A DNA stretch of 64,000 nt from a virus (taxonomy: Duplodnaviria; Caudoviricetes): positions 1,729 to 65,728 of the IMG/VR virus record IMGVR_UViG_3300044904_000102; one strand, written 5' to 3'. Under the pieces are notes generated by a model. The model was not told the origin of the DNA. It saw nothing but the letters and a program-made list of their open reading frames with translations, and did not search any database. The stretch's first letter is position 1. Every line of letters begins with the position of its first letter. Position numbers and translations under genes: made by a program. Below, piece by piece: positions 1 to 8,694 of this stretch.

Positions 1-2
1 CG

Positions 3-1049
3 ATCCATTCGCGATCAGTGACGAAGGCCGAAGACCCGCGGCACGCTTCGAAGATGTTCAAGCGAGCTGAGGAGCAGATGGCGGCTGCGGCCGCTGCGGG
101 CCGGGAGAGCCGCTGGCTGGCCATCAGTTGGCCCTCGCATGACAATCCCACGATCTCAGAAACGGCCCTTGCGGAGATCACGCAGGACATGACGGCCCTT
201 TCCTACCGGCAGGAGATCATGGCCGAGGACACCACGGAAGTGCCGGGAGCGCTCTGGAGCCAAGCGCTGATCGACGGCACCCGGGTAGACAAGGCTCCCG
301 CGCTCGTCCGCATCGTCGTGGGGATCGACCCGAGCGGCAGCTCGACGACCGAGGCGGGGATCGTGGCCGGGGGGATTGACGTCAACGGGCACGGCTATGT
401 GCTGCGCGACGCTTCGCTGCTGGCTCCTTCGCCTGAGCGGTGGGCGGCGGCCGGGGTTGCGGTTTATGATGATCTAAAGGCGGACCGGATCGTGGGCGAG
501 CGCAATTACGGTGGCGACATGGTGCAATCGACCATCCGCACAGTTGACCCTAACGTCTCCTACCGAGATGTCACGGCGACGCGAGGCAAGCTCGTGCGCG
601 CCGAACCCATCTGTGCGCTTTATGAGAAGGGAATGATCCATCACGTCGGGGAGTTCCCCGAGCTAGAGGATGAGCAATGTTCGTACGTCCCTGGGGAGAA
701 GTCTCCAAACCGGATGGACGCTCTGGTCTGGTGCATGCACGACCTGATGCTCGAGAGCCAAGCGCTCGGCCTGATCGACTTCCTGAAGAGCGGGGCGGCG
801 CAGAAGGTGCTGGACACGATGGACAAAACGCAACGGCCGACAACCTTGTTAAAGCCGATGGTGCCGGACCAAGTTCCGACCTGCCCCGAGTGCCAGAGCG
901 TGCTGGTGATCCGGGCGGCGGGCGGCTGTTTACATTGTAACCAATGCGGTATAACTTGGTCCGACAAGAAGACGAAGCCCACGGACGGCCAGGGCATGAC
1001 GCGGGCGCAATTCCTGGCGGACACAGACTCGAGAAAGCGAGGATTATGA
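3..1049 (+). CDS. terL: Terminase large subunit, C-terminal RNase H-like nuclease domain (5'-partial), with C-terminal Zn-ribbon extension
   Basis: YRQEIMAE, IVVGIDPSGS, ERNYGGDMV, RGKLVRAEPI and SPNRMDALVW motifs; sits upstream of portal. Confidence 0.92.
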   Translation: MHSRSVTKAEDPRHASKMFKRAEEQMAAAAAAGRESRWLAISWPSHDNPTISETALAEITQDMTALSYRQEIMAEDTTEVPGALWSQALIDGTRVDKAPALVRIVVGIDPSGSSTTEAGIVAGGIDVNGHGYVLRDASLLAPSPERWAAAGVAVYDDLKADRIVGERNYGGDMVQSTIRTVDPNVSYRDVTATRGKLVRAEPICALYEKGMIHHVGEFPELEDEQCSYVPGEKSPNRMDALVWCMHDLMLESQALGLIDFLKSGAAQKVLDTMDKTQRPTTLLKPMVPDQVPTCPECQSVLVIRAAGGCLHCNQCGITWSDKKTKPTDGQGMTRAQFLADTDSRKRGL

Positions 1050-1372
1050 TGGAAGAAATCATGTTCAAGAATAGTATGAACGTGGCGAAGGCGGCTTATT
1101 CGCCCGAGGCCCGTACGCTGGACGTCTGGTTCAGGAACGGGATGCCATATCGGTATCTCGAAGTGCCGGCTGAAAGGTTCGAAGGATTGAAGACGGCGGA
1201 GTCCCCCGGTTCATATCTGGCGCGCAACGTGCGGCCGTTCCACATGTTTCCGGACCTGTGCGTGAAGCTCCAATGTCTGGAATGCAGCAAGATCGTCGAG
1301 CCGGAATCCTTGGTCCTGGCGAAAGACGGGTTTGGACATCCGCAAGCATATCACGCAGCCTGTCAGCCGTAA
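1046..1372 (+). CDS. KTSC-domain protein with C-terminal Cys/His cluster
   Basis: SMNVAKAAYSPEARTLDVWFRNGMPYRYLEVP...AESPGSYLARNVR fits KTSC pattern; ATGA overlap with terL. Confidence 0.8.
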   Translation: MMEEIMFKNSMNVAKAAYSPEARTLDVWFRNGMPYRYLEVPAERFEGLKTAESPGSYLARNVRPFHMFPDLCVKLQCLECSKIVEPESLVLAKDGFGHPQAYHAACQP

Positions 1373-1531
1373 GGGAGAAAGGCCATGGCGATGAATCGGA
1401 GAAACTTCCTCGTGATGGATCAGACTTCGAGCGCGTCCTGATGTTGTACGCGAGTGCTTGGCTGGCGGACATCTGCAAAGGCTGCGGGTTTATATGGGGA
1501 GGGCTTCCTAAAATCGAATTGCGGGGTGATT

Positions 1532-1873
1532 ATGATCTTCCACTGGCTGAAGCAATTCCTGCGCACGCTGGCGCGGCTCATCATACCGCCGACGCCCTTG
1601 GCGCTGGCGAGAATTGAAGTGAACGCGCGCTGCCCCGTCTGCGCGTATCGGCGCGGGCGGCTGCGTACGGTCGAGGTTGACGCCTCGAAGACCGACAAGC
1701 CGCTGAACGCCACCCTTTGCCAACACACCTGCCTAGTATGCGGCGCCCGGTGGTTCGAGCCGCCCATCGTGAAGGTTGACCCAGGCTTCGTTGCCCCTGC
1801 GATTGCCCGGAACGCGTTGGAAGAGAAAGAAGACCTGGCTCGGCGGTTAGCTTCAGCGCTGCCGTCATCCTGA
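1532..1873 (+). CDS. Hypothetical Zn-finger protein
   Basis: CPVC...CLVCG pairs; operon context. Confidence 0.6.
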   Translation: MIFHWLKQFLRTLARLIIPPTPLALARIEVNARCPVCAYRRGRLRTVEVDASKTDKPLNATLCQHTCLVCGARWFEPPIVKVDPGFVAPAIARNALEEKEDLARRLASALPSS

Positions 1874-1983
1874 TGAAGAGGTTGAGTAACATGACATTGC
1901 CCCAAGGGTTGATTATCGTAGCGCTCATCGCAGTGATTGTTTTTCTGATCTGCGCAGCTTGGCAGCTTATCAGGATGTGGTGA
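1873..1983 (+). CDS. Small single-TM protein
   Basis: Read manually: ...MTLPQGLIIVALIAVIVFLICAAWQLIRMW. Confidence 0.4.
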   Translation: MKRLSNMTLPQGLIIVALIAVIVFLICAAWQLIRMW

Positions 1984-1995
1984 GGATTCCGGATC

Positions 1996-2184
1996 ATGCT
2001 AAATGACTGGGCGCACAAGATGCTCGATGAGCTCGGCCCGACCTTCTATGGCGAGATCACCTTCACGGTGCGCGCCGGGGAGGTTCGGAAGGTGGCCAAA
2101 GTTGAAACGCATGTTGCGCCTGACATCAAGGGTCAGCGCATGGATAATCTGGTGAACGTGAAACCGAAGGGAGAAAAACAGTGA
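1996..2184 (+). CDS. Small DUF2292/YezD-like protein
   Basis: FYGEITFTVRAGEVRKVAKVET pattern. Confidence 0.55.
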   Translation: MLNDWAHKMLDELGPTFYGEITFTVRAGEVRKVAKVETHVAPDIKGQRMDNLVNVKPKGEKQ

Positions 2185-2459
2185 AAGAACAATTGAAGCT
2201 GCTCGGTCTTCAGGTACGCGACATGACGACGGGCTTCGTCGGCATCGTGACCTGCGTTGCTTTCGATTTGTATGGCTGCATTCAGGCAGTCGTGCAGCCT
2301 GCCGTCAGCAAGGAAGGGAAAATCGAGGACGGTAGATATTTCGATACCAAGAGGCTGGTGGTTCTCTGCGAAAAGCCCGTGATGCCGGTGCCAAACTTCG
2401 ACATCGTTCCGGGAGGCGAACAGCATCACTTGCCGCCATCACGGCCCGAATTGCGCTGA
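2181..2459 (+). CDS. Conserved phage hypothetical protein
   Basis: LGLQVRDMTTGFVGIVT...LYGCIQAVVQP...YFD; SD and GTGA overlap. Confidence 0.65.
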   Translation: MKEQLKLLGLQVRDMTTGFVGIVTCVAFDLYGCIQAVVQPAVSKEGKIEDGRYFDTKRLVVLCEKPVMPVPNFDIVPGGEQHHLPPSRPELR

Positions 2460-2474
2460 GTCTCAAATAAACCC

Positions 2475-2504
2475 TTGACAGTGAGACAGATACAAGCGCA
2501 TGTT
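2475..2504 (+). promoter_or_regulatory. Putative sigma70-type promoter upstream of portal
   Basis: TTGACA-18 nt-CATGTT (perfect -35, weak -10). Confidence 0.35.
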
Positions 2505-2576
2505 GAAGGCTGACTGATTCCGTTCTCGGCCCTTTCCCAGGGACAGAACGCTGGAGTGCTGAAGCGCAGGACCAAT

Positions 2577-2610
2577 AGGCCCGCTCGGCTGCAAGGCTGG
2601 GCGGGCCTTT
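2577..2610 (+). terminator. GCAA-tetraloop hairpin with short U tract just before the portal start
   Basis: aggcccgctcggct GCAA ggctgggcgggcct tt. Confidence 0.45.
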
Positions 2611-2617
2611 GGATTTG

Positions 2618-5600
2618 ATGGCCAATAGCACCTCGATCATAATTCGCCCGCTCGGCCAGCTTGTGGCGGCGCTATCCCGCTACGGCCAGCAACTCTACCA
2701 ACCTCCGAAAGACACGATCCGCGGCGTCGAGCCGGACACGTGGTATTCGCCCCTCCAACCAGTCAAGCCCATTGGGCCGCCCGGGATCGAGCCGCGCGGC
2801 TTCCAGTATTATGCCGGGCAAAACCTCCTGTGGACGCCACGCGCGGATGCTGAGTATTCTGCGGCAGACCTGAAGGAGTTGGCGCGCTATCCGCTGGCGC
2901 GAATTGCCATCGAGAACGTCAAAGATGAACTCTGCAAGGCGAGCTGGCAGATCCAGCCGCGCCCTCAGCTGGGAGAATCGCGCAAGGCGGCGACGAAGCG
3001 GGGCCTGGAGGATGTGAACCTTCTCAAGCTGAATAAGTTTTTTGAAATGCCGGACCGCGAGCATACGTGGCCTGAATGGCTGCGGCCGCTCTTGGAAGAC
3101 ATGCTGGTGATCGACGCCTGGTCTATTTTAATTAGAAAAACTTTCAGCGGAGAGGTGGTCGAGCTTATTGGTCTTCGAGGGGATTCGATTGTCAGATACA
3201 TCGACGAGAACGGCTTCACGCCGCTGCCCCCCGAGCCGGCCTATGCGCAATTATGGTGGGGGATCCCGCTCATTAACCTCTCGACCGACCAACTAGTTTA
3301 CAAGCCCCGCAACATCGTGCCCCGCAATACCATTGCCTCTCAGCTTTACGGAATGTCGCCATGCGAGCAACTGGCTCCTGAAATTGAAATTGGAATAAAG
3401 CGACTAGCGTTCATTTCTGCCTATTATTCCGATGGCTCAGTCCCGGGCGCCATGCAAGTTGTCCCCAAGGGCGTCCCAACCGAGAAGATCGCCGAAGCGA
3501 TGCAATGGATGAACTCCGAGCTGGCGGGGAATCTGGCGAAGCGGCGGCAGTGGCAACTGATCCAGGGATGGAAGGACGAGGGCAAGGACGAGCAGATTAT
3601 CTTTCCGAAGGAGCCACTTCTTGCTGACCTCTTTGATGAGCAGCACACCCGAAGGATCGCCTTCGGCTTCGGCATTTCTCCGCAACGATTGATGCGGCAG
3701 ATGAATCGGGCTGCTGCCCAGGCAAGCCAGGAGGCGGCTGACATTGAAGGACTGCTGCCGTATTTCTCATCCCTCAAAGCGCTGATGGATTTCATCATCC
3801 GGCGCAAGATGGGCTTCGATGCTTATGAGATGGTCTTCGATCCCCTGGCTGAGCCCGACCCATCAAAGCAGGCCGAGACGATCAAGATATACGTGAGCGG
3901 TGGCGTGTTGACGCCGAACGAGGGCCGCGAGCGGTTGGGCGAAGAGGCGCGGTCGGAGCCCGAGGCCGACATGCTGGGCATCGTGACCGGCACTGGGTTT
4001 GTGCCGCTGGGTGGGGCAGGCGGCCTATCTACACCAGCGCCGACACCGCCGAAGTCCGGGGAAGGAGTTACCGATGGAATTCCTGATAAGGGAAAGGGTG
4101 GAGCGGGAGCATCAGGCGGCGACGAAGAGCTTGACGCCGACGGCAAGCCCATTGTCGCCGACGGCCGTGGCCAGCCCCGCAAGCCTGCCAGCGCCAACAA
4201 GCCCAACGGTGGCGCGGCGGCGAAAGCGCAGACGGAAAACCGGCCCATCGGGTTCGCGACGGGCACAGTCTTAACCGAGTCTGCGCCGCCTGAGCATGGA
4301 GTACTTACTATTGCAGCAGCCAGCGGCGAGCATTTCATCAAAGCCAAGCCGCAGCCGCGAGAGGTGCCTGTAATTCATCCCGGGCGATTGCTCCCGCCGT
4401 CCATCCTGGCGCGCCACAAGATGGAGCGCGACCTCACGAAAATCTTCCGCACCATGCACCGGAAGACGACAAAGGTTATGGCTGCGGCGCTGGGCCTTCC
4501 GCACGGTCACTTGGCAAAGGCCGAGCCGGACGCCGATGCAACCCTCCGGGAGGTCATGGACAGTCTTGCCGCCGAGTGGGAAACGATTGCCCGGTTGGCG
4601 AAGAAACCTCTCACGGATGCGGCCCTGGCGGGAGCTTCTAAGGGGGCGCTTGAACTGGAGATTTCAGCTGAGGACATGCTGACCGGCATCAACGAGACGG
4701 CGCGCAAATGGGCCTCGAACCGGGCGGCCGAGCTGGTGGGGATGCGGCTGACGCCTGAAGGCAAGTTCATCGTCAACCCGAATCCCAAGTGGGCGATCAG
4801 CGACACGACGCGCGACAAACTGCGCTCCGTTATCACGGACGTGTTCGGACAAGAGGGCAAGATCACCCTGCGTGACGTGGAGAATCGCATCGAGCAGTCG
4901 GGCGTTTTCTCGGACGTGCGAGCCTCGACGATCGCGCGCAACGAGATCGCCCGGGCGCAGACGCAGGGCAACCTTAAGAGCTGGCGGGAATCCGGGTTGG
5001 TGCAGAAGGTGTCATGGGAACTATCGGAGGACCACGACAAAGACGATATTTGCAATGAACTGGAAGGCCAGTATGACATCAACGACGTCCCGGACCTGCC
5101 GGCTCATGTAAATTGCTGCCTACCTGGAACTGTAGTAACGGCCTGTGGCGGCATTGCGGCGCAGCTTTCGCGGCGTTACAAGGGGAAGGCCATTGTAATC
5201 GGGACCGAGACGGGCGAACACCTCGCCGTGACTCCAAACCATCCTGTACTCACGGGGCGAGGACTTGTCGGAGCCGGAGTTCTGCGCAAGGGCGATTATG
5301 TGTTTCGCAGCGGGACGCCACGACTTGCAGCCCTGATTATTGACCCAGACCACGACAACGTGCCAACCGTGATTGAGGAGATAGGCCGTGCGCTTCTGGA
5401 AGCGGGAGGCGTGAGTACCGGAGGAATGCCAATTTCCGCCGAAGATTTCCACGGCGACGGAATCGTTGACGGCGAGGTCAATATTGTATGGTCCGCAGAC
5501 TTTCTGGAATTGGATAGAGCATCCCGAAAGAAGCGCGGCCATTTTTCGCTCGTAGCTCGTGATATGGCGCACGGCATTGGCTTCCCGGCCTCTCGCCCTG

Positions 5601-5980
5601 CGGCACAGGTCGGAGAAGGTCCGCTTGCTGCCACGGACAGCAGCGTGGGCAGCCGCAGCCATCGCGCTGCGCCTCTCGGGACTGCGACGGCTGTTGAGGA
5701 TGAGCTGCATTTCAGTGAAAGTTCTGATTCTGAACCCGTGACGCTTAAACAACTCGCGAATCGTGAGACTGTGACAGCCAAAAGTTTTGGCGATATCGAC
5801 CGAAGACTCGCCGGCCTCATATCGGCGGTAGAGGTCGTTGACATCTCCGAAATTGATTTTGAGGGGCATGTCGGCAATCTCCAGACAGGAACAGGATTTT
5901 ATTTCACAGACGGAATTTTAACACACAACTGCCTGTGCAGCATCGTGCTGGCCGAACCGTCCGATGAGGGAGCGGAGTAG
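2618..5980 (+). CDS. Portal protein fused through a Gly/Pro-rich linker to a MuF-like minor head domain, containing an intein
   Basis: Portal motifs YGMSPCEQL, GSVPG, IAFGFGISPQRL, GVLTPNEGRERLG; MuF motifs RASTIARNEIARA, HDKDDICNEL, PAHVN/CLC. Confidence 0.88.
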   Translation: MANSTSIIIRPLGQLVAALSRYGQQLYQPPKDTIRGVEPDTWYSPLQPVKPIGPPGIEPRGFQYYAGQNLLWTPRADAEYSAADLKELARYPLARIAIENVKDELCKASWQIQPRPQLGESRKAATKRGLEDVNLLKLNKFFEMPDREHTWPEWLRPLLEDMLVIDAWSILIRKTFSGEVVELIGLRGDSIVRYIDENGFTPLPPEPAYAQLWWGIPLINLSTDQLVYKPRNIVPRNTIASQLYGMSPCEQLAPEIEIGIKRLAFISAYYSDGSVPGAMQVVPKGVPTEKIAEAMQWMNSELAGNLAKRRQWQLIQGWKDEGKDEQIIFPKEPLLADLFDEQHTRRIAFGFGISPQRLMRQMNRAAAQASQEAADIEGLLPYFSSLKALMDFIIRRKMGFDAYEMVFDPLAEPDPSKQAETIKIYVSGGVLTPNEGRERLGEEARSEPEADMLGIVTGTGFVPLGGAGGLSTPAPTPPKSGEGVTDGIPDKGKGGAGASGGDEELDADGKPIVADGRGQPRKPASANKPNGGAAAKAQTENRPIGFATGTVLTESAPPEHGVLTIAAASGEHFIKAKPQPREVPVIHPGRLLPPSILARHKMERDLTKIFRTMHRKTTKVMAAALGLPHGHLAKAEPDADATLREVMDSLAAEWETIARLAKKPLTDAALAGASKGALELEISAEDMLTGINETARKWASNRAAELVGMRLTPEGKFIVNPNPKWAISDTTRDKLRSVITDVFGQEGKITLRDVENRIEQSGVFSDVRASTIARNEIARAQTQGNLKSWRESGLVQKVSWELSEDHDKDDICNELEGQYDINDVPDLPAHVNCCLPGTVVTACGGIAAQLSRRYKGKAIVIGTETGEHLAVTPNHPVLTGRGLVGAGVLRKGDYVFRSGTPRLAALIIDPDHDNVPTVIEEIGRALLEAGGVSTGGMPISAEDFHGDGIVDGEVNIVWSADFLELDRASRKKRGHFSLVARDMAHGIGFPASRPAAQVGEGPLAATDSSVGSRSHRAAPLGTATAVEDELHFSESSDSEPVTLKQLANRETVTAKSFGDIDRRLAGLISAVEVVDISEIDFEGHVGNLQTGTGFYFTDGILTHNCLCSIVLAEPSDEGAE
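5114..5929 (+). mobile_element. Intein (272 aa) inserted in the MuF HxN-CxC motif
   Basis: Block A CCLPGTVV, block B LAVTPNHPVLT..GLV.AG.LRKGD, blocks F/G FEGHVGNLQT...FTDGILTHN|C; removal restores PAHVNCLCSIV. Confidence 0.93.
5120..5869 (-). CDS. Homing-type endonuclease (N-terminal HTH plus DUF559/Vsr-like nuclease), antisense and nested inside the intein
   Basis: LYRRYEAGESSVDIAKTFGCHSLTIRELFKRHG (HTH); SYERKM...FQKVCGPYNIDLA...VAVEIFGGNWH...RTAYLLNHGWHVVVVW; GGAG SD 9 nt before ATG. Confidence 0.85.
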   Translation of the reverse strand: MPLKINFGDVNDLYRRYEAGESSVDIAKTFGCHSLTIRELFKRHGFRIRTFTEMQLILNSRRSPERRSAMAAAAHAAVRGSKRTFSDLCRRARGREANAVRHITSYERKMAALLSGCSIQFQKVCGPYNIDLAVNDSVAVEIFGGNWHSSGTHASRFQKRTAYLLNHGWHVVVVWVNNQGCKSWRPAAKHIIALAQNSGSDKSSPREYRMVWSHGEVFARLGPDYNGLPLVTPRKLRRNAATGRYYSSR

Positions 5981-6106
5981 TAATGCGCCATGCAAACGAA
6001 GTGCGGAAAGAACCAAGCATGAGGCCAGCGGCTCCAAAGCGACCGGTCCCGCAGCCGGGAATCACGACGGCGCTGGGTTTCAACTTTTGCGATTCGAGGT
6101 GACACG

Positions 6107-6262
6107 ATGACGGCTCCATGGAGTTTGATTTGTCTGGTTCTCGCGCTGGTGCTGTTCGCACTTGGCGCCTTCGCGTGGCCGATCCCGTTCGACGGCTGGC
6201 GCGTGAAGATCGTCTCGGCGGGCCTGATGTTCCTGGTCCTGTCGCAGCTGATTCGGGCTTGA
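6107..6262 (+). CDS. Small two-TM membrane protein
   Basis: Read manually: MTAPWSLICLVLALVLFALGAFAWPIPFDGWRVKIVSAGLMFLVLSQLIRA; GAGGT SD. Confidence 0.6.
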   Translation: MTAPWSLICLVLALVLFALGAFAWPIPFDGWRVKIVSAGLMFLVLSQLIRA

Positions 6263-6271
6263 GAGGGGAAG

Positions 6272-6427
6272 ATGCTGCTTCTGATCATCATCTTGATCCT
6301 CCTGTTCGGCGTGCCCACCTTCGGCTACTACCGCGGCGGGCCCGCATGGGGAGGCGGCGCGCTGGGATTGATCCTCGTCATCGTGCTGATCCTCTGGCTT
6401 CTCGGGCAGATTCAATTCGTGCGCTGA
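6272..6427 (+). CDS. DUF3309-like small membrane protein
   Basis: Read manually: MLLLIIILILLFGVPTFGYYRGGPAWGGGALGLILVIVLILWLLGQIQFVR; GAGGGG SD. Confidence 0.7.
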   Translation: MLLLIIILILLFGVPTFGYYRGGPAWGGGALGLILVIVLILWLLGQIQFVR

Positions 6428-6445
6428 AGACGTTGAAAGAATGCG

Positions 6446-6997
6446 ATGGCATCCGCAACCGTAAAACTCGCGTGGGATTACCGGGGCGTTCGCGTTGCCC
6501 CTTCGGGTGGGGATGGCCAAACGTACGAAGCCGCCGCCGCGTGGCTCGCCGAGCTGGGTTGCAATGAAGTCCAAGACTGGGGATGCGGCACAGCCTGGGC
6601 GAGGAAAATCTTCGTGCAGCGCGGGATCAGATACGTCGGGCTCGACATTGCTCCCGGCTTCGCCGATGAGATCGTGAATCTGGTGAATTTCGTGGGGCAG
6701 ACGGACGGCATCGTCATGCGGCACGTGCTGGAGCACAACTACGCGTGGAAAGACATCCTGCGCAACGCGCTCGCATCTTGCCGCCACCTGGCGCTGGTGA
6801 TCTTCACGCCGTTCACCAGGGGCGAAGAGTGCCGCCTTGCCTGGAATGCGCGCGAGGGCGTCCCTGACCTGTCTTTGAACAAGACCGAGTTGACAGGCAT
6901 CCTCGAGCAGTGGAAAGAGAAGCGGCTCAAAACGCCGACCCAGTACGGAGAAGAAACCATCTTCTTCGTTGGCGGAGAACGCGATGCCGTACTCTAA
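6446..6997 (+). CDS. Class I SAM-dependent methyltransferase
   Basis: VQDWGCGTAW motif I, YVGLDIAP, DGIVMRHVLEH. Confidence 0.85.
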   Translation: MASATVKLAWDYRGVRVAPSGGDGQTYEAAAAWLAELGCNEVQDWGCGTAWARKIFVQRGIRYVGLDIAPGFADEIVNLVNFVGQTDGIVMRHVLEHNYAWKDILRNALASCRHLALVIFTPFTRGEECRLAWNAREGVPDLSLNKTELTGILEQWKEKRLKTPTQYGEETIFFVGGERDAVL

Positions 6998-8633
6998 CGT
7001 CAAGGAAGTCCCGGATTACGTGCCGAAGGAGAATCGTGCCCAATGGCGCGAAGTCTGGAACGGCGCCTACGCGGCGGCCATCAAGGACGGCAAGGGGAAA
7101 AAGGAAGCGGAGCAGTCGGCTTTTGCACAAGCCAACTCAGTTTCAGGGCCGAACGCAAAGAGCGACAAGGAGACGATCATGAAATCCTTCTCGAAGTTCA
7201 TCCCGTTCGCCAAGGTTGATGCGGCGCGCCGCGAGGTGTGGGGAATCGTCACCGCTGAGGTGCCGGACAAAGATGATGAGGTCTGCGATTACCTCCTCTC
7301 GAAACCGTACTACCAGGCCGTGATCGACGAGATGGGCAAGGCCACGGCCGGGGAGAACTACTTCCCGCTGCGCTACATGCACCAACTCGAGGCGGTGGGG
7401 AAGTGCATCGGCTTCGATTTCCGCGACGCCGACAAGGAAATCTTCATGGGCTTCAAGGTCGTGGACGACCAAGCCTGGCAGAAAGTCGAGGAGCGAGTGC
7501 TCACGGGATTCTCGCATGGCGGCAAGATCGTCGGGATGCATCCGGACCCGAAGTTCGAAGGCTGCAAGCGCTACGTCGCGGACCCCTCGGAAATCTCTCT
7601 GGTCGATAATCCCTGCCTGGCGAGCGCCCACTTCACGCACATCAAGGCGGACGGCACGGTCGAGCTCTGCAAGTTCCTGCGGGTCGAGCCCGTGGCGCCC
7701 GGCCGGTTGGAGGCCGTCGAGCGCTCCCTTGCGCTTCTCAAGATGCGGCTCTCCCTGGGCAAGTCGGATGAGTCTCTCGACCAGCGCCGGACAGCCGTTC
7801 AGGCGGCGATCCAGGATGATTACAGCGAACTGAGCAATGATCCCGCACAGGTCCAATGGGCATATCTGAGGGAGTTGTTCGACGATCATGCCATCTTCGG
7901 TAAAGAGGGCAAATTGTTTAGCGTGCCCTACACCATCGACGACAAGCAGAACGTCAAATTGGGCGCTCCCACGCAAGTCCAGGTCGAATATCTGCCGGCC
8001 GGAAAGGCAGCGGGCGCAGCGCTTGTAAAGGTAAAGACGAAGCGCGTGGCAGGAGAAGACCTGCCAGCTTCGGCCTTCCTGATCGTGCTCGATCCGGACA
8101 AGACCGAGACCTGGAACCTGCCAGTGCGATTCTCGTCAGAAAAGAAATCGAAGAGTCACGTCCGGAACGCGCTCGCACGCTTCAACCAACTGAAGGGCGT
8201 GCCGCAGGCGGCGAAGGATGCGGCCTGGAAGAAGTTGGTTGCCCTGGCCGGCAAGTACGACATCGACGTGGCCACAGAGAAGGCGAAGCTTGCGGCGATC
8301 CAGGCGTGGATGCGCAAAGCCGTTCGGACCCACATCAACCAACTCTCGCGCACCGTCAAGGGTGGGAATATCGGTTATGCGCTCGCGACGCTCGACAATG
8401 ATCTTGGCCGGCTCGCGAAGGGATTCAGTCAAGTTTCGCAACTCTCGCAGATCGTTGAGGCGCTCGCTTATCTGGTTTATAGCACGGCGGGAGAATCCGA
8501 GATGGAGGGCGACGACTCGCCTCTGCCCGGCCTGCTCGCCGACAATGTGGACGCGATCCTCGACACGCTCTTGCGGATGGTCGAGGAGGAGTCCGAAGAG
8601 GTGCGGGCCGATCTCAGCGCCCGCGTCTCCTAA
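6984..8633 (+). CDS. Multidomain prohead protease: N-terminal ChaB-like, XkdF-like serine protease, DUF6582-like domain
   Basis: MPYSNVKEVPD..AQWREVWNGAY..AEQSAFAQA (ChaB); AKVDAARREVWG..YMHQLEAVG..LTGFSHGG..EISLVDNPC; LPASAF..LPV..SHVRNALARFNQ. Confidence 0.8.
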   Translation: MPYSNVKEVPDYVPKENRAQWREVWNGAYAAAIKDGKGKKEAEQSAFAQANSVSGPNAKSDKETIMKSFSKFIPFAKVDAARREVWGIVTAEVPDKDDEVCDYLLSKPYYQAVIDEMGKATAGENYFPLRYMHQLEAVGKCIGFDFRDADKEIFMGFKVVDDQAWQKVEERVLTGFSHGGKIVGMHPDPKFEGCKRYVADPSEISLVDNPCLASAHFTHIKADGTVELCKFLRVEPVAPGRLEAVERSLALLKMRLSLGKSDESLDQRRTAVQAAIQDDYSELSNDPAQVQWAYLRELFDDHAIFGKEGKLFSVPYTIDDKQNVKLGAPTQVQVEYLPAGKAAGAALVKVKTKRVAGEDLPASAFLIVLDPDKTETWNLPVRFSSEKKSKSHVRNALARFNQLKGVPQAAKDAAWKKLVALAGKYDIDVATEKAKLAAIQAWMRKAVRTHINQLSRTVKGGNIGYALATLDNDLGRLAKGFSQVSQLSQIVEALAYLVYSTAGESEMEGDDSPLPGLLADNVDAILDTLLRMVEEESEEVRADLSARVS

Positions 8634-8694
8634 CCCTGAGCTTTCCCGGTCGCTCACTAACGCTTGCCGCCGCGGGCGGCACACGGAGGGAAAT

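Noticed and set aside
8218-8694. Long N-terminal extensions in the ORF track (8218, 11064, 14785, 17180, 25923, 27558, 54875)
   Set aside because: They overlap upstream genes; downstream starts have an SD or stop-start coupling.
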